Shown here: positions 11,649 through 22,233 of the stretch, in pieces | How the letters are laid out: every line of letters begins with the position of its first letter | Position numbering within the stretch: the first letter of the stretch is position 1 | NCBI GenBank assembly: GCA_000146045.2 | Contig: BK006944.2 | Location: 1-64,000 of the forward strand | Reading direction: 5' to 3' | DNA length: 64,000 bases | Source: TPA_inf: Saccharomyces | Lineage: Eukaryota | The notes under the pieces: generated by a model | What the model was told of the DNA's origin: nothing | The model's database searches: none | Seen by the model: the letters and a program-made list of their open reading frames with translations, nothing else | Translations under genes and position numbers: made by a program

Positions 11649-11655
11649 TGGGTGC
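11649..11655 (-). promoter_or_regulatory. Second candidate Aft1 element (TGCACCCA on the minus strand) in the FRE2 promoter
   Basis: GGGTGCA on the + strand reads TGCACCC on the minus strand. It lies about 425 bp upstream of FRE2. Confidence 0.45.
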
Positions 11656-14484
11656 AATTACGAATAAATGTACAATAATCATCCTGTTTGCATAGTAAAC
11701 TTCCAGTTAGAGTCACACAACGCAATGAATTTTGACAGTTTTCTGTGCGATATTCTTTGGTAAACGTAAAGAACAGGCAACTTTTGGTACAATGGATTCT
11801 AGCCCATATGGTTCATTTCTGGTGCATTCGCAAAGTCAGTATTTGTCTAGCTGTGTTTTCTGGCTGAGAGACATTATGATGTTATTCATTGTTATGGATA
11901 TCTCTGTAGCTCATGCTGCTTATTTCTCCCTAAAAAAGTTTTTTCTCTCGAATACATTCTTGACCATTTCATAGTGAAATTCTTGTACTTATTTAAAACC
12001 AAAAATGGAAGTATTCATACATCCCCCTATCAAAAACACTCAATAAGTTTCGAATTATTCGTTCGTCTAAACAGTGTCCAATACTCAAAGGGGTATTCAA
12101 GACGGCACAAAATCAGCATCTTCCCTTATCCGTGTTCCAGAAATACCACGCTAAGGTTTTTCCTCCTACAATCCATAAAATCATTAAGGAGGCAGCTTGA
12201 AAAATCTTGAAATTCAAAAGAGTTATCTTGGGCTAATCGAAATTAACGATAACCAGAGTAGAATATTCAAGATCACAGCTCCACCTTAGTTTCGAGGTTG
12301 CTCTCAATGGTCTAGCTTAGTCATGCTTTTTGTTAAACAAATCTTGCCTTTTCTGATATTCTATAGTGTGGTCCAATCCAGATATTGGCGCATCCTAAAC
12401 CAATTATAGTTCACTTATGAAGGGCAAATGAACACTCTTACCAGTTTCACAAATAATTAGTACTAGCTAGGCGGTCAAACTGACTAGCTTATTATAATAT
12501 TATCGATGTAACATTTTTCCATAGTGAGGGAGGAAAATAAACCTTAAAAAAATATGCAAGGATTCTAGATTTCAGGCTAGTCTTCAACCACTTTGCACTT
12601 CCGGATTAAAGGCTTTTATAGAAAACATCTTGGTTTGGGACTATATTGCTAGGTGAAAATTTCAAAATTGTACAAAAGATCATTCTTGTTTTTTTGCCTC
12701 ATTAGCTGATACAATGCGGAACTACATGGCGCTCTTTTATAAGCATCTACTATGGTACATTCTAAGTATGTGGATCTTGGTTAACACATAGACATTTTTT
12801 AACTTCTTGATATCGGTTCCGCTAAATTTGCTGATTATATTTGTTCACTAGGCCAGATCATAATGCCTGTAATATTGAGTACTTAATATCGATACTTGAT
12901 ATCCGAACAGTAAACGTTTGTCCGTAGTCATCGTGACTGTTGACGTATTAACTGCAAGAAATGATGGAAAAAATTTAGGTATATTTGCAGATGAAAACTC
13001 TAGAACACTGCCGTTGAAGAAAGAATGGCTTCAGCCGTCATGCTGTCTATCTGTTTGTAAACTTTTGGAAGTTTTACATATTTTGCACTATTTTCTTTAG
13101 CACGAGGTATATGTTTCTTTTTCAATAAAAATCGTCCTTTTGAAGAGCCAAGAACACTTTTGATTTGAGTGTATAGGATAATAATATTGCTTCTAGCGCT
13201 TAATGACCATGTTTGTACTTACCTCTCTCCCACCTTGTATAGGCGGATTGGCTATAATAACGCGTTATATGCATCAAAATATGTAGTTCTCTTTCATTTT
13301 AGCAAATTCGTAATACGACTCCAGATAATAATACCAAGTCATTTTTGGGTACCAGTGAGAATTGGGTCTCATAACTGATTGTGAATCTCAATATTACAGT
13401 GATGTGAGGGAAAATACTTAATTAAAAAGGAAAAAAGAAATGTTACTTTTCTATTTTAAATGAAGATTCAGTTTGTTAAACATGGATTTTCCATAGCATT
13501 AGGTTTTTATATTTCCAAATCCATTTTATTTAAACTTTTGAATCATGGGATATAAAGTTACATGCAATAGGAAAAGTTGTCATGAACTCCATTTGAAACT
13601 AAGGAAGAACAGTAACAGAAGTTTTTTGTTATGAATTATTCATGAACTTAGAGCTGCTAATTTGGAGTGGGTCCAAGTCATCATTTTTTTGCGGGGCTAT
13701 GATTACACAATCTGCGCACATAATATAATCGGCTTTGTATCTTTAACATCAAGTAAGACCTTGAAAATTTATTCTATCTTTAGACAATGAACGGAGTTAC
13801 AGAACGATTTTCGTCTTCCCCATTTGATCAAAAACTAACTGAAAATTGCAGTGTTGTAATTTTTGAAACGCCGAACGAAGTTTTCACCAACTTAACAGAA
13901 GCAGAAGACCGTTCTTGAACTAGGCTGCACTGTAGAACGCTGAGCACTTTACCATTCACCACGCTATTTTCAACGGAAAAATCAATAAATCCTTGAATTG
14001 CCTTCATTTAAATGCCAATTACACCTCGTATATCTAAAATTGCTGACATATATTATTTCTTTTTGATACTTCGCTGGGAATCTCACAGAAAGGTGGCTCT
14101 AGAATACAGAAGAACAAAGTACATAGTCCGTAATTGATGTATGAAGTTAATGGGAAAGTACGAATGGTACTGTCCACTCAAGTAATACTTTGAGATTGAA
14201 ATTTGAAGCTTTTTCAAGTAAATACCATAATGATACCAACAATGATACCTACAATTTTAAATATCGTAATTGTTAACTTGATTTTTCATAATCTCATTTA
14301 CCGACTTGCAATACTAAACGGGTACCAGCAGACAATAGAAAACCTTCTCATTTGAAATGAATTCTAATTGTGAAGGCGGAAATGCGTACTTTGAGGAACG
14401 TCTATTGTCGTATAAAAGTTTTACAATTAACTAAGCCAATGTATGATACGCCCGCTTGGCGGCTTTTTCTTTCCGACTATATAA

Positions 14485-15708
14485 ATGCAAATAGTCAGAA
14501 GTTGTAACTCCAATAACAAACCCCTCATACCGTCCTCAAATTGGCATATCGCTATCAGAATGAGAGGCGATGGGGTTAAAGATAGGAGTATAGATGTGTT
14601 ATCCCTCAAACATTTCGAATCCCAGAAAGTTGTTCTGCCTCAAGACCTTTTCATGGATAACTTCACCTGGATGTTTTATGAGTTCTTCAAGTGCTTCACG
14701 TTTCGTACCTGGTTGCTATTATTACTGCTAATGTGGTTGCCAGGTTTTCTTTCGCAGATAAAGTCCATCAATCGGATTTTTCCGTTTAAACTTTGTATTT
14801 TAGTCTCATGCCTAGTGGGGATATTTTTACCCAATATTTATTCATTCTCTCATAAAAGTGTGTTAACGAATCAACTTACTCAGTTCTCCAAAGAAATTGT
14901 TGAACATGCACCAGGTACTGATACTCATGATTGGGAAACAGTTGCGGCAAATCTAAATTCTTACTTCTATGAAAATAAAGCTTGGAATACTGAGTACTTC
15001 TTTTTCAATGCTGCAGAGTGTCAAAAAGCATTCAGAAAAGTTCTTCTCGAACCATTCTCTGTGAAGAAAGATGAATCTTCGAAAATAAAATCATTTGGGG
15101 ATTCTGTCCCCTACATCGAAGAGGCCTTGCAAGTCTATTCCACAGAATTTGACAAAAAGTGGAAGTTGTTCAATACTGAGAAAGTGTGGAGCCCTGATAA
15201 CTTGGAACATGTTCAGCTCCCCAAGAAAACTTATCGTTATAAGTTTACCTGGGTTCTCAAGAGGATTTTCAATCTCTGGCTTTTTCCAGCATTTATTCTG
15301 TTTCTGGCTTGTATCTATGTGTCATGGGATAAGGGCCATCTATTTCGTATCTTGTGTTGTGGGGGAGGTTTTCTCCTTATGGTAAGAGTTTTTCAAAATA
15401 TGAGGCCCTTTTCCATGCACATGGAAGACAAAATGCAGTTCTTGTCAACGATTATAAATGAGCAAGAAAGTGGTGCGAATGGATGGGACGAAATTGCAAA
15501 GAAAATGAACAGGTACTTGTTTGAGAAAAAAGTCTGGACTAGTGAAGAGTTTTTCTTTGATGGGATTGACTGTGAATGGTTTTTTAACCACTTCTTTTAC
15601 CGCCTTCTATCTACAAAGAAACCTATGTTTGATAGACCTCTAAACGTGGAACTATGGCCATACATTAAAGAAGCGCAATTGACCCGCAAACAGGCGCCTC
15701 CCGTGTAG
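14485..15708 (+). CDS. COS9: COS/DUP380 family subtelomeric membrane protein
   Basis: 407 aa. It shows conserved COS-family blocks (HDWETVAANLNSYFYENKAWNTEYFFFNAAECQKAF...) including the internally duplicated DUP motif. The specific paralogue is assigned from its position. Confidence 0.75.
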   Translation: MQIVRSCNSNNKPLIPSSNWHIAIRMRGDGVKDRSIDVLSLKHFESQKVVLPQDLFMDNFTWMFYEFFKCFTFRTWLLLLLLMWLPGFLSQIKSINRIFPFKLCILVSCLVGIFLPNIYSFSHKSVLTNQLTQFSKEIVEHAPGTDTHDWETVAANLNSYFYENKAWNTEYFFFNAAECQKAFRKVLLEPFSVKKDESSKIKSFGDSVPYIEEALQVYSTEFDKKWKLFNTEKVWSPDNLEHVQLPKKTYRYKFTWVLKRIFNLWLFPAFILFLACIYVSWDKGHLFRILCCGGGFLLMVRVFQNMRPFSMHMEDKMQFLSTIINEQESGANGWDEIAKKMNRYLFEKKVWTSEEFFFDGIDCEWFFNHFFYRLLSTKKPMFDRPLNVELWPYIKEAQLTRKQAPPV

Positions 15709-15779
15709 GAACAAGCATGCCTTTTCAATTTATAGATCGTGTAGTTTATTAGATGCGAATAGCCTAAACAAGGTCGCTT

Positions 15780-16300
15780 ATTATTATTATTACAACTATT
15801 CTTTTTCCTATTCCCCTCTGGTTAACAAAAACCAGTATATTAACAGAAATAAATAATAATAACAAAAAAATATGAATATAAGAATAAATTGCAATAAATA
15901 GTAATATTTATAAAATATAAAAAGAAGAAATTTTTATTCTTTTTATATTTTATTATAAAATAGTTCAATTATTTATATTATTTAAATGTTGTAATTTATT
16001 ATTAATAATTATATTTTATCAATATTTATACGATATAAAAATTTAAAAAAATTATAATATAGAAATAATAAATAATAATAATATGATAATAAAATAATAT
16101 ATAAATAAAAATGATAAGATTATATTAATTTATTTAATTTTCAAATTATTAAATAAATAATAACCTAATACTTACTTTTCCTAATATTATTAAAAATGGT
16201 TATTGTCAAACCCATTAACTGATTATATTATAATATTTCAATATTTAATTCACTTAATTTGTTGTTATAATAATTAATGAAATAGAGAAACTATAATCCA
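15780..16300. repeat. Extremely A+T-rich low-complexity block (above about 90% AT over about 500 bp), mitochondrial-spacer-like
   Basis: There is visible base-composition discontinuity against the flanking nuclear DNA. The block contains ACS matches, for example TTTTATATTTT at 15941-15951. Confidence 0.6.
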
Positions 16301-17358
16301 ATTGATTGTGCAACAGTTTGATCTTCCAAATCATAAAAGAATATTGAGTGTTAGTTGGTACTGGTCATAACTATCCATTTTGAACATAACCATGTAACTC
16401 TTTTCCCGTCTACTGTTAATCAAGGGAACATGTTGAAAGTTATATCAATACATGTGTTGAGTATTTCACGCGAATTTATTGCTACAAAAGAGCACTAAGT
16501 AATACATCGTTAATTTCTGCGGTAGAACTGACCTGGTGACCTTGCTTGATGCTTTATTGTTTGTGGGATCTGTCACGTATATCGCCATATTTTTTTCCTA
16601 CGGATATAATGTAAAACACTAATTTATCCTTCAGGGTTGCTCTTTAAAACTCAATTGTTGAATAACTTGGTATTCATATATGTGGCTGCTGCGAATATCT
16701 TGACACATATTATGATTATCAAAAAAAAGTGAAGAACTAAATTTAGGAGGATTTCTACAGTTTTGGTCTTGGTTAGGTAATAATTCCTTAAAATAGAGGC
16801 TTATCCTTTCCTGTGGACCATAAATATCTTCATGCAAGATCTCGATTGATTAGTAATAAGAGCAGACGATATTGTGTGTGGAAAAGAGAATTTTTTCTGC
16901 GTATAAAATAGGACATTATGACAGTTACCTTTAATTGAAGTAGAGATATGTTTTTTCAACTTAGAAGCTATGTCTTTACTGGGTGTAAGCCTAGGAACGC
17001 TCTTCTGTTTTAGTTCAAAATATGCAAAAGAAACTAATATACCAGTAATGCTCATAGTCACAGTCAGAAGTTATATTATTAGTTTGACATAAGCAGTATT
17101 CTTCCCTCTCACACACTATCATTCTGCCAAAAAATTTTCCCACATAAGGGTGTCAGTTCAGTGAAATATAATACTAGTAGAAAAATATGTAGAGTTATCA
17201 GAGTATAAATCAGCTAGAGGCTTTTTTTGCTGAACTCACTTCAAAATCTCAACCATGTTATTAATGTTAAGTCAAATGATATATGCCGTGTGAAAGTAGA
17301 CAACTAAAGCTTTCCAATTCTTCACTATAAAACTGAACTCAAAATTCAAAAGTATACA

Positions 17359-18339
17359 CTAAATCGTTGGGCCATCTTCCTTCCCAGAGATTAAAGTAGC
17401 ATATCTCTTCATGTCTACATTACCTCCACTTAGTATTATGCCTACTTTCTTCCCAACTAGCTCTTCCTTTTTTAGAAGTGCACCTGCAAATCCCAAACAA
17501 GCTGTGGGCTCAACAACCACCTTCATGCGTTCCGCAAGAAAGTGCATGCATTTTACTAGCTCTTGGTCGCTAACCGTTAAAATATCATCGACATTTTCGC
17601 GAATAATGGCAAATGTGTACTCACCGAGGTGTTGTGTTTGAGCGCCATCTGCGATAGTTTTTGGCGTATTGATATGAACAATGGAACCCGATCTGAAGGA
17701 TTGTTGTCCATCGTTACCAGCTTCAGGTTCAACCCCAAAAATTTTGCAGCCTGGAGAAAGGCTTCTAGCGGCAAGTGCAGATCCTGAAAGGAGCCCACCA
17801 CCGCCCAAAGGAACAAATAATGCATCAAGTTGTCCAACCTCTTCTAATAGCTCTTTTGCCGACGTACCTTGCCCTGCAATAACATCAGGATGATCGTAGG
17901 GCGGAATCAATGCAAAACCATGTTCGGCTGCTAGTTGACGCCCAATCTGCTCGCGATCTTCAGTATACCTGTTATACCTTATGATATGTGCTCCGTAACC
18001 GGCTGTAGCAGCAACTTTAAGGGCGGGCGCATCCTCGGGCATAACAATTGTTGCAGGTACATTTAATAGTTTTGCACTAAGAGCAATAGCCTGTGCATGG
18101 TTTCCTGATGAGAAGGCAATTACTCCCTTACTTCTTTTTTCATCACTTAATTTTGAAACAGCATTCATTGCTCCACGAAACTTGAACGCTCCCACTCGTT
18201 GGAAATTCTCACCTTTAAAGTATATTTGTGCTCCAAGTCGATCATTAAGCATTCGTGAAGTGAGAACCGGTGTTTTATTTACATATTCTTTAATTCTGTT
18301 GCTGGCATCCAAAACGTCTCCATAAGTGGGAACAATCAT
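17359..18339 (-). CDS. SRY1: PLP-dependent serine/threonine dehydratase-fold enzyme (3-hydroxyaspartate dehydratase)
   Basis: 326 aa. It has the PLP-lysine motif GAFKFRGA, a Gly-rich loop GGGGL, and a serine-racemase-like fold. Confidence 0.8.
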   Translation of the reverse strand: MIVPTYGDVLDASNRIKEYVNKTPVLTSRMLNDRLGAQIYFKGENFQRVGAFKFRGAMNAVSKLSDEKRSKGVIAFSSGNHAQAIALSAKLLNVPATIVMPEDAPALKVAATAGYGAHIIRYNRYTEDREQIGRQLAAEHGFALIPPYDHPDVIAGQGTSAKELLEEVGQLDALFVPLGGGGLLSGSALAARSLSPGCKIFGVEPEAGNDGQQSFRSGSIVHINTPKTIADGAQTQHLGEYTFAIIRENVDDILTVSDQELVKCMHFLAERMKVVVEPTACLGFAGALLKKEELVGKKVGIILSGGNVDMKRYATLISGKEDGPTI

Positions 18340-21300
18340 TTTTCCAACTCAATGAAAACTAAATATCTCGAACTATATTAATTATTTGTACTTTTTAAGT
18401 TTTTTTTCAATACTCCTTTATTTGAATTTTTGCAGAATGAAAATGTAACTCTTTATATTCCAAAGCTTATCTTTTTCTCACGTACCGTCCTATAGACCCT
18501 GATTTTATGATAAGAGGCTGAATTTACTAATTAGTCATTTTTTTCAGTTTTTTTGTCATAGAAGCCACATTTAAAAGAAGTCAGCCAAGTTACCTGTAAA
18601 TATTAAAACAACCTGCTTAGAATGACTGTTAATTTACAGAATTTACGATAAAAATATAACTTGGCTCTAGGGCGTGATGATAGTGACAAAAAACTCGTCA
18701 AGTAAATGTTGGGAGCTTACTTGCCGTCGTTTTCTAACGCCAAAATACACGAATCATGTTTGGGAAATATAAGTGATTAGAACTTGTCCAAGGATATTGT
18801 CAAACAATAACATACTACAATAATCCTAGATCGTGTATTATTTGCGTATGGATAAATATACCTCAAGCTTTATGAGGCATAGAAAATTCATTAGAGTCAC
18901 TACTTACGTCGCACTCTCGAGGATTGGAATGACGAAATCTTCTTCAGCATTTCACCATTCACCTTTTGAAGCTTCCTATCTCGTTGCTTAAGTAGAATGA
19001 AAGCATAGCAGCCCAAAAGAAAAGCCTCCCTCAGCAAGAATATTAACAAAGAACAATTCATGGACCGTTTCTACTACTTAATATCTCTATCACAACTGTC
19101 AGTCTCAATCAGTACTTAAATGACGCTGCAGAAAAAGATATCATTATTTTTATCATCCCCCTAATAAAATAAGTAATGAATCAATGCCATTAATTCGGGA
19201 ACTAGTCATATACCTAAGGAATCAGGCTTTGATAGCTCTTTAATAATAATATTAGGGCATTTTTGATATGGTAAAAGATTAGATTAGGAAACCCCTTTTG
19301 TAGAGCATCTCACTACAATATCTGCAAAAACGGTCACCTTGCATAGGCAGAACACGCTACCTTTGAGTTAATTCACAGGGGAGAGCCCTTTTTTTTTCTT
19401 AGCAAAAGTGCTTAACAATCTTAATTTCTGGAATGTTTTCGGCGGATTGTTGTATATTGTTTGAATTTGTTCGTTCTAAAAAGTGAGACACCTGCACTTT
19501 CCACGCCAAGAACACTAATACCTTTAAACATGCCAGCGTACTTTAAAATGCCACGAGTCGCCCCGTACCAAACATGCTGGCGATTGTAATTTTTCGCCTT
19601 TTATTGGAATCGAGAATTCGGGCACTGTCCTTTTCTTCGTCATTTCAATGTTATAATCATTTTTATCGCCAAATTTTCTTCAATAAAAGGTCTCTTTTAA
19701 AATATGTTACTATGTTTTTTATTTTTCTATTATTTTTCTATGTGATTTTTCAGACGATTTATTCTTTGTTCGAAGGAGAACAGATGCAACGGTCAAGTTT
19801 TTACTATCCACATGAGGAGCCGTAATATTCTAAAGGCAAAAGCATGTGTGCTTGTAAAAAAAAATCAAAAAAAGTTACTGCTCCAAGCCAGCAAGCTTTC
19901 TCTTTTGCGAAATCTTTAACACGGTTAAAATCAAAGACAATTACTTCATTGACAAGGTCAATGCTAATATTTACGGTCTCCGCACGAAAGACTCTGAAAA
20001 ATGTTAAAATTTATAGTGGCTAATGCTAATTCAAGAATAGTCTCGGGTTGTTTGATCACATTATTTTAATTTTTATTGAGCACTGAATAGGACCCGTATG
20101 TTCCAATCAGTCTATTTCTTGCAACTTAATCTGGTTTGTTTTTAGGGGAGTGGCATTTTTTTTAGGGTTATTCAAATATTCAATTCTGTAATTTGCTTAC
20201 GACAAAAAGAAAAGGAGAGATGAAAAAAGGGCGACGGGTATAATCTATTCAGCCGCCAATGTCCCGACGTATGCCAAAATGTGGTGCCGCGGTAACAGTA
20301 GCATCACACAGAGCATGAGAAAAGCAAGAAAAGTGGAAGTCTGTATGTCACATTTTTATTGAAAATGCTATTTGCTATAAGGTTCGCTATTCAACTGATT
20401 GAACCGAGATAGACAAAATGTTAAACTTTTCATAGAGACGTTATTGTGATAGGGTTTACGCTGAGAATGGTTGAAACATACTTGCTAATAAACCACGTCA
20501 CGTCAAAATATCAGTTTTTCTTTTTTAGTTATTCCCTTCTCACTTTTGACTTGAGATGAGATCGTTACACTTTTATTGAATACGAACGGATCACGATACA
20601 TCCACATATACGAATGTTCGGCCAGACAGGGCATCAGAGTATATACCCTTTTTCCTAAAATGGAAGGGCCCTAGATCGTTGGCATCAGCGGTTACCTAAC
20701 CGAAGTGGATCAAATCAGCGCCTATTTTTCCGTTTAGAACGATTAGATGCCGTCAATATGTATGTGCTTACTGTATCATCCACGTAGTAAAGCTGGGGCG
20801 TAGCATCCCTAGGTTACTTTCTCAATACTGGGGTCCCTGACCAAAGATAAAACATAACCTATTATGGCGTACGAGTCAAAGTTAAACGCTATTTGACTCG
20901 GGCAGCATGCATGACCCGGGGGAATGGAAAACTTCTCATGGCTACCCCAACGAAGCCAGACAAGATCTAGGAGATGTCTCCACCTTCCGAGCTACACTCT
21001 CACATCTCTTACATAGACACTGTGAAGTAAGTGATTGCACACAATCCAAAGAAGCACATCAAATAATATGTAAATATTACCCGTACAAATGGCAAATCAT
21101 GTCCACTTTCCCGTTAGTCATCGGGTGGGCCGGTCCTCGCACTTTCCTTTTGTTTCGGATGTTAATTAATATATAAATGGATCTATAATTTTCAAAAGGT
21201 ATAAACGCACAGTATGAAAAATATTGCAAGAATAATGTGTTTATAAATTATTTTTTTTGCTGGTAGCAAAATCAACTCATTGTCTTCCATTCAGAGTCTA

Positions 21301-21573
21301 ATCGAACGTTATCGCAATGCTTGCACACTTTTAAACAATACGATTTAGTTTAAGTGGATGGACCCCCACGCTTAGTGTTCCACAGGTTTGTCCCCACTGT
21401 TTTTACATTCCACTGTACATTTTTGCAATAGAAGGTCATTGTATGCTACCTTGGGCGGCTAAGAATACCTGTAAAAATTTGGAGAAATTAGATTCGTAAA
21501 GAATGACTCGCAACGACTCCAATGATTTCTTCTTTTCACCCTTTGAACGGCCGATATCCGCGCGGGATCCTGA

Positions 21574-21584
21574 CCCCGCAATTT
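21574..21584 (-). promoter_or_regulatory. Candidate Mig1 GC-box (AT-rich + GCGGGG) in the JEN1 upstream region
   Basis: The minus strand reads AATTGCGGGG. It sits in a GC-rich island about 650 bp upstream of the JEN1 ATG. Confidence 0.3.
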
Positions 21585-22039
21585 ACTCCACTAGACCGGC
21601 GTGTTTCTCTTTTTCCTTTTCCTGGGGTTAGAGCCCAAGAGCTAATAGCCGACAAACGGACTCCAAAAAAAAAAGGAGGCACAGGACAAACGCAGCACCT
21701 GCGTCATTCACGCTGAAGCGGCAGCAAGCATTTTCGATCAGCTCCAATTAAATGAAGACTATTCGCCGTACCGTTCCCAGATGGGTGCGAAAGTCAGTGA
21801 TCGAGGAAGTTATTGAGCGCGCGGCTTGAAACTATTTCTCCATCTCAGAGCCGCCAAGCCTACCATTATTCTCCACCAGGAAGTTAGTTTGTAAGCTTCT
21901 GCACACCATCCGGACGTCCATAATTCTTCACTTAACGGTCTTTTGCCCCCCCTTCTACTATAATGCATTAGAACGTTACCTGGTCATTTGGATGGAGATC
22001 TAAGTAACACTTACTATCTCCTATGGTACTATCCTTTAC

Positions 22040-22040
<1 letters not shown>

Positions 22041-22071
<31 letters not shown>
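22041..22071 (+). repeat. 31-nt homopolymeric poly(dA:dT) tract in the JEN1 promoter
   Basis: There is an uninterrupted A run about 165 bp upstream of the JEN1 ATG. It is a probable nucleosome-excluding element. Confidence 0.9.
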
Positions 22072-22074
<3 letters not shown>

Positions 22075-22233
22075 GCAAAGTGAAGTACCCTCTTGATGTA
22101 TAAATACATTGCACATCATTGTTGAGAAATAGTTTTGGAAGTTGTCTAGTCCTTCTCCCTTAGATCTAAAAGGAAGAAGAGTAACAGTTTCAAAAGTTTT
22201 TCCTCAAAGAGATTAAATACTGCTACTGAAAAT

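Noticed and set aside
21540-21930. Cat8/Sip4 carbon-source response element (CSRE) in the JEN1 upstream region
   Set aside because: Candidate CGG-containing segments (cggccgatatccg, tccggacgtcca) do not fit CGGNBNVMHGGA when checked base by base. No CSRE call is made without a PWM scan.
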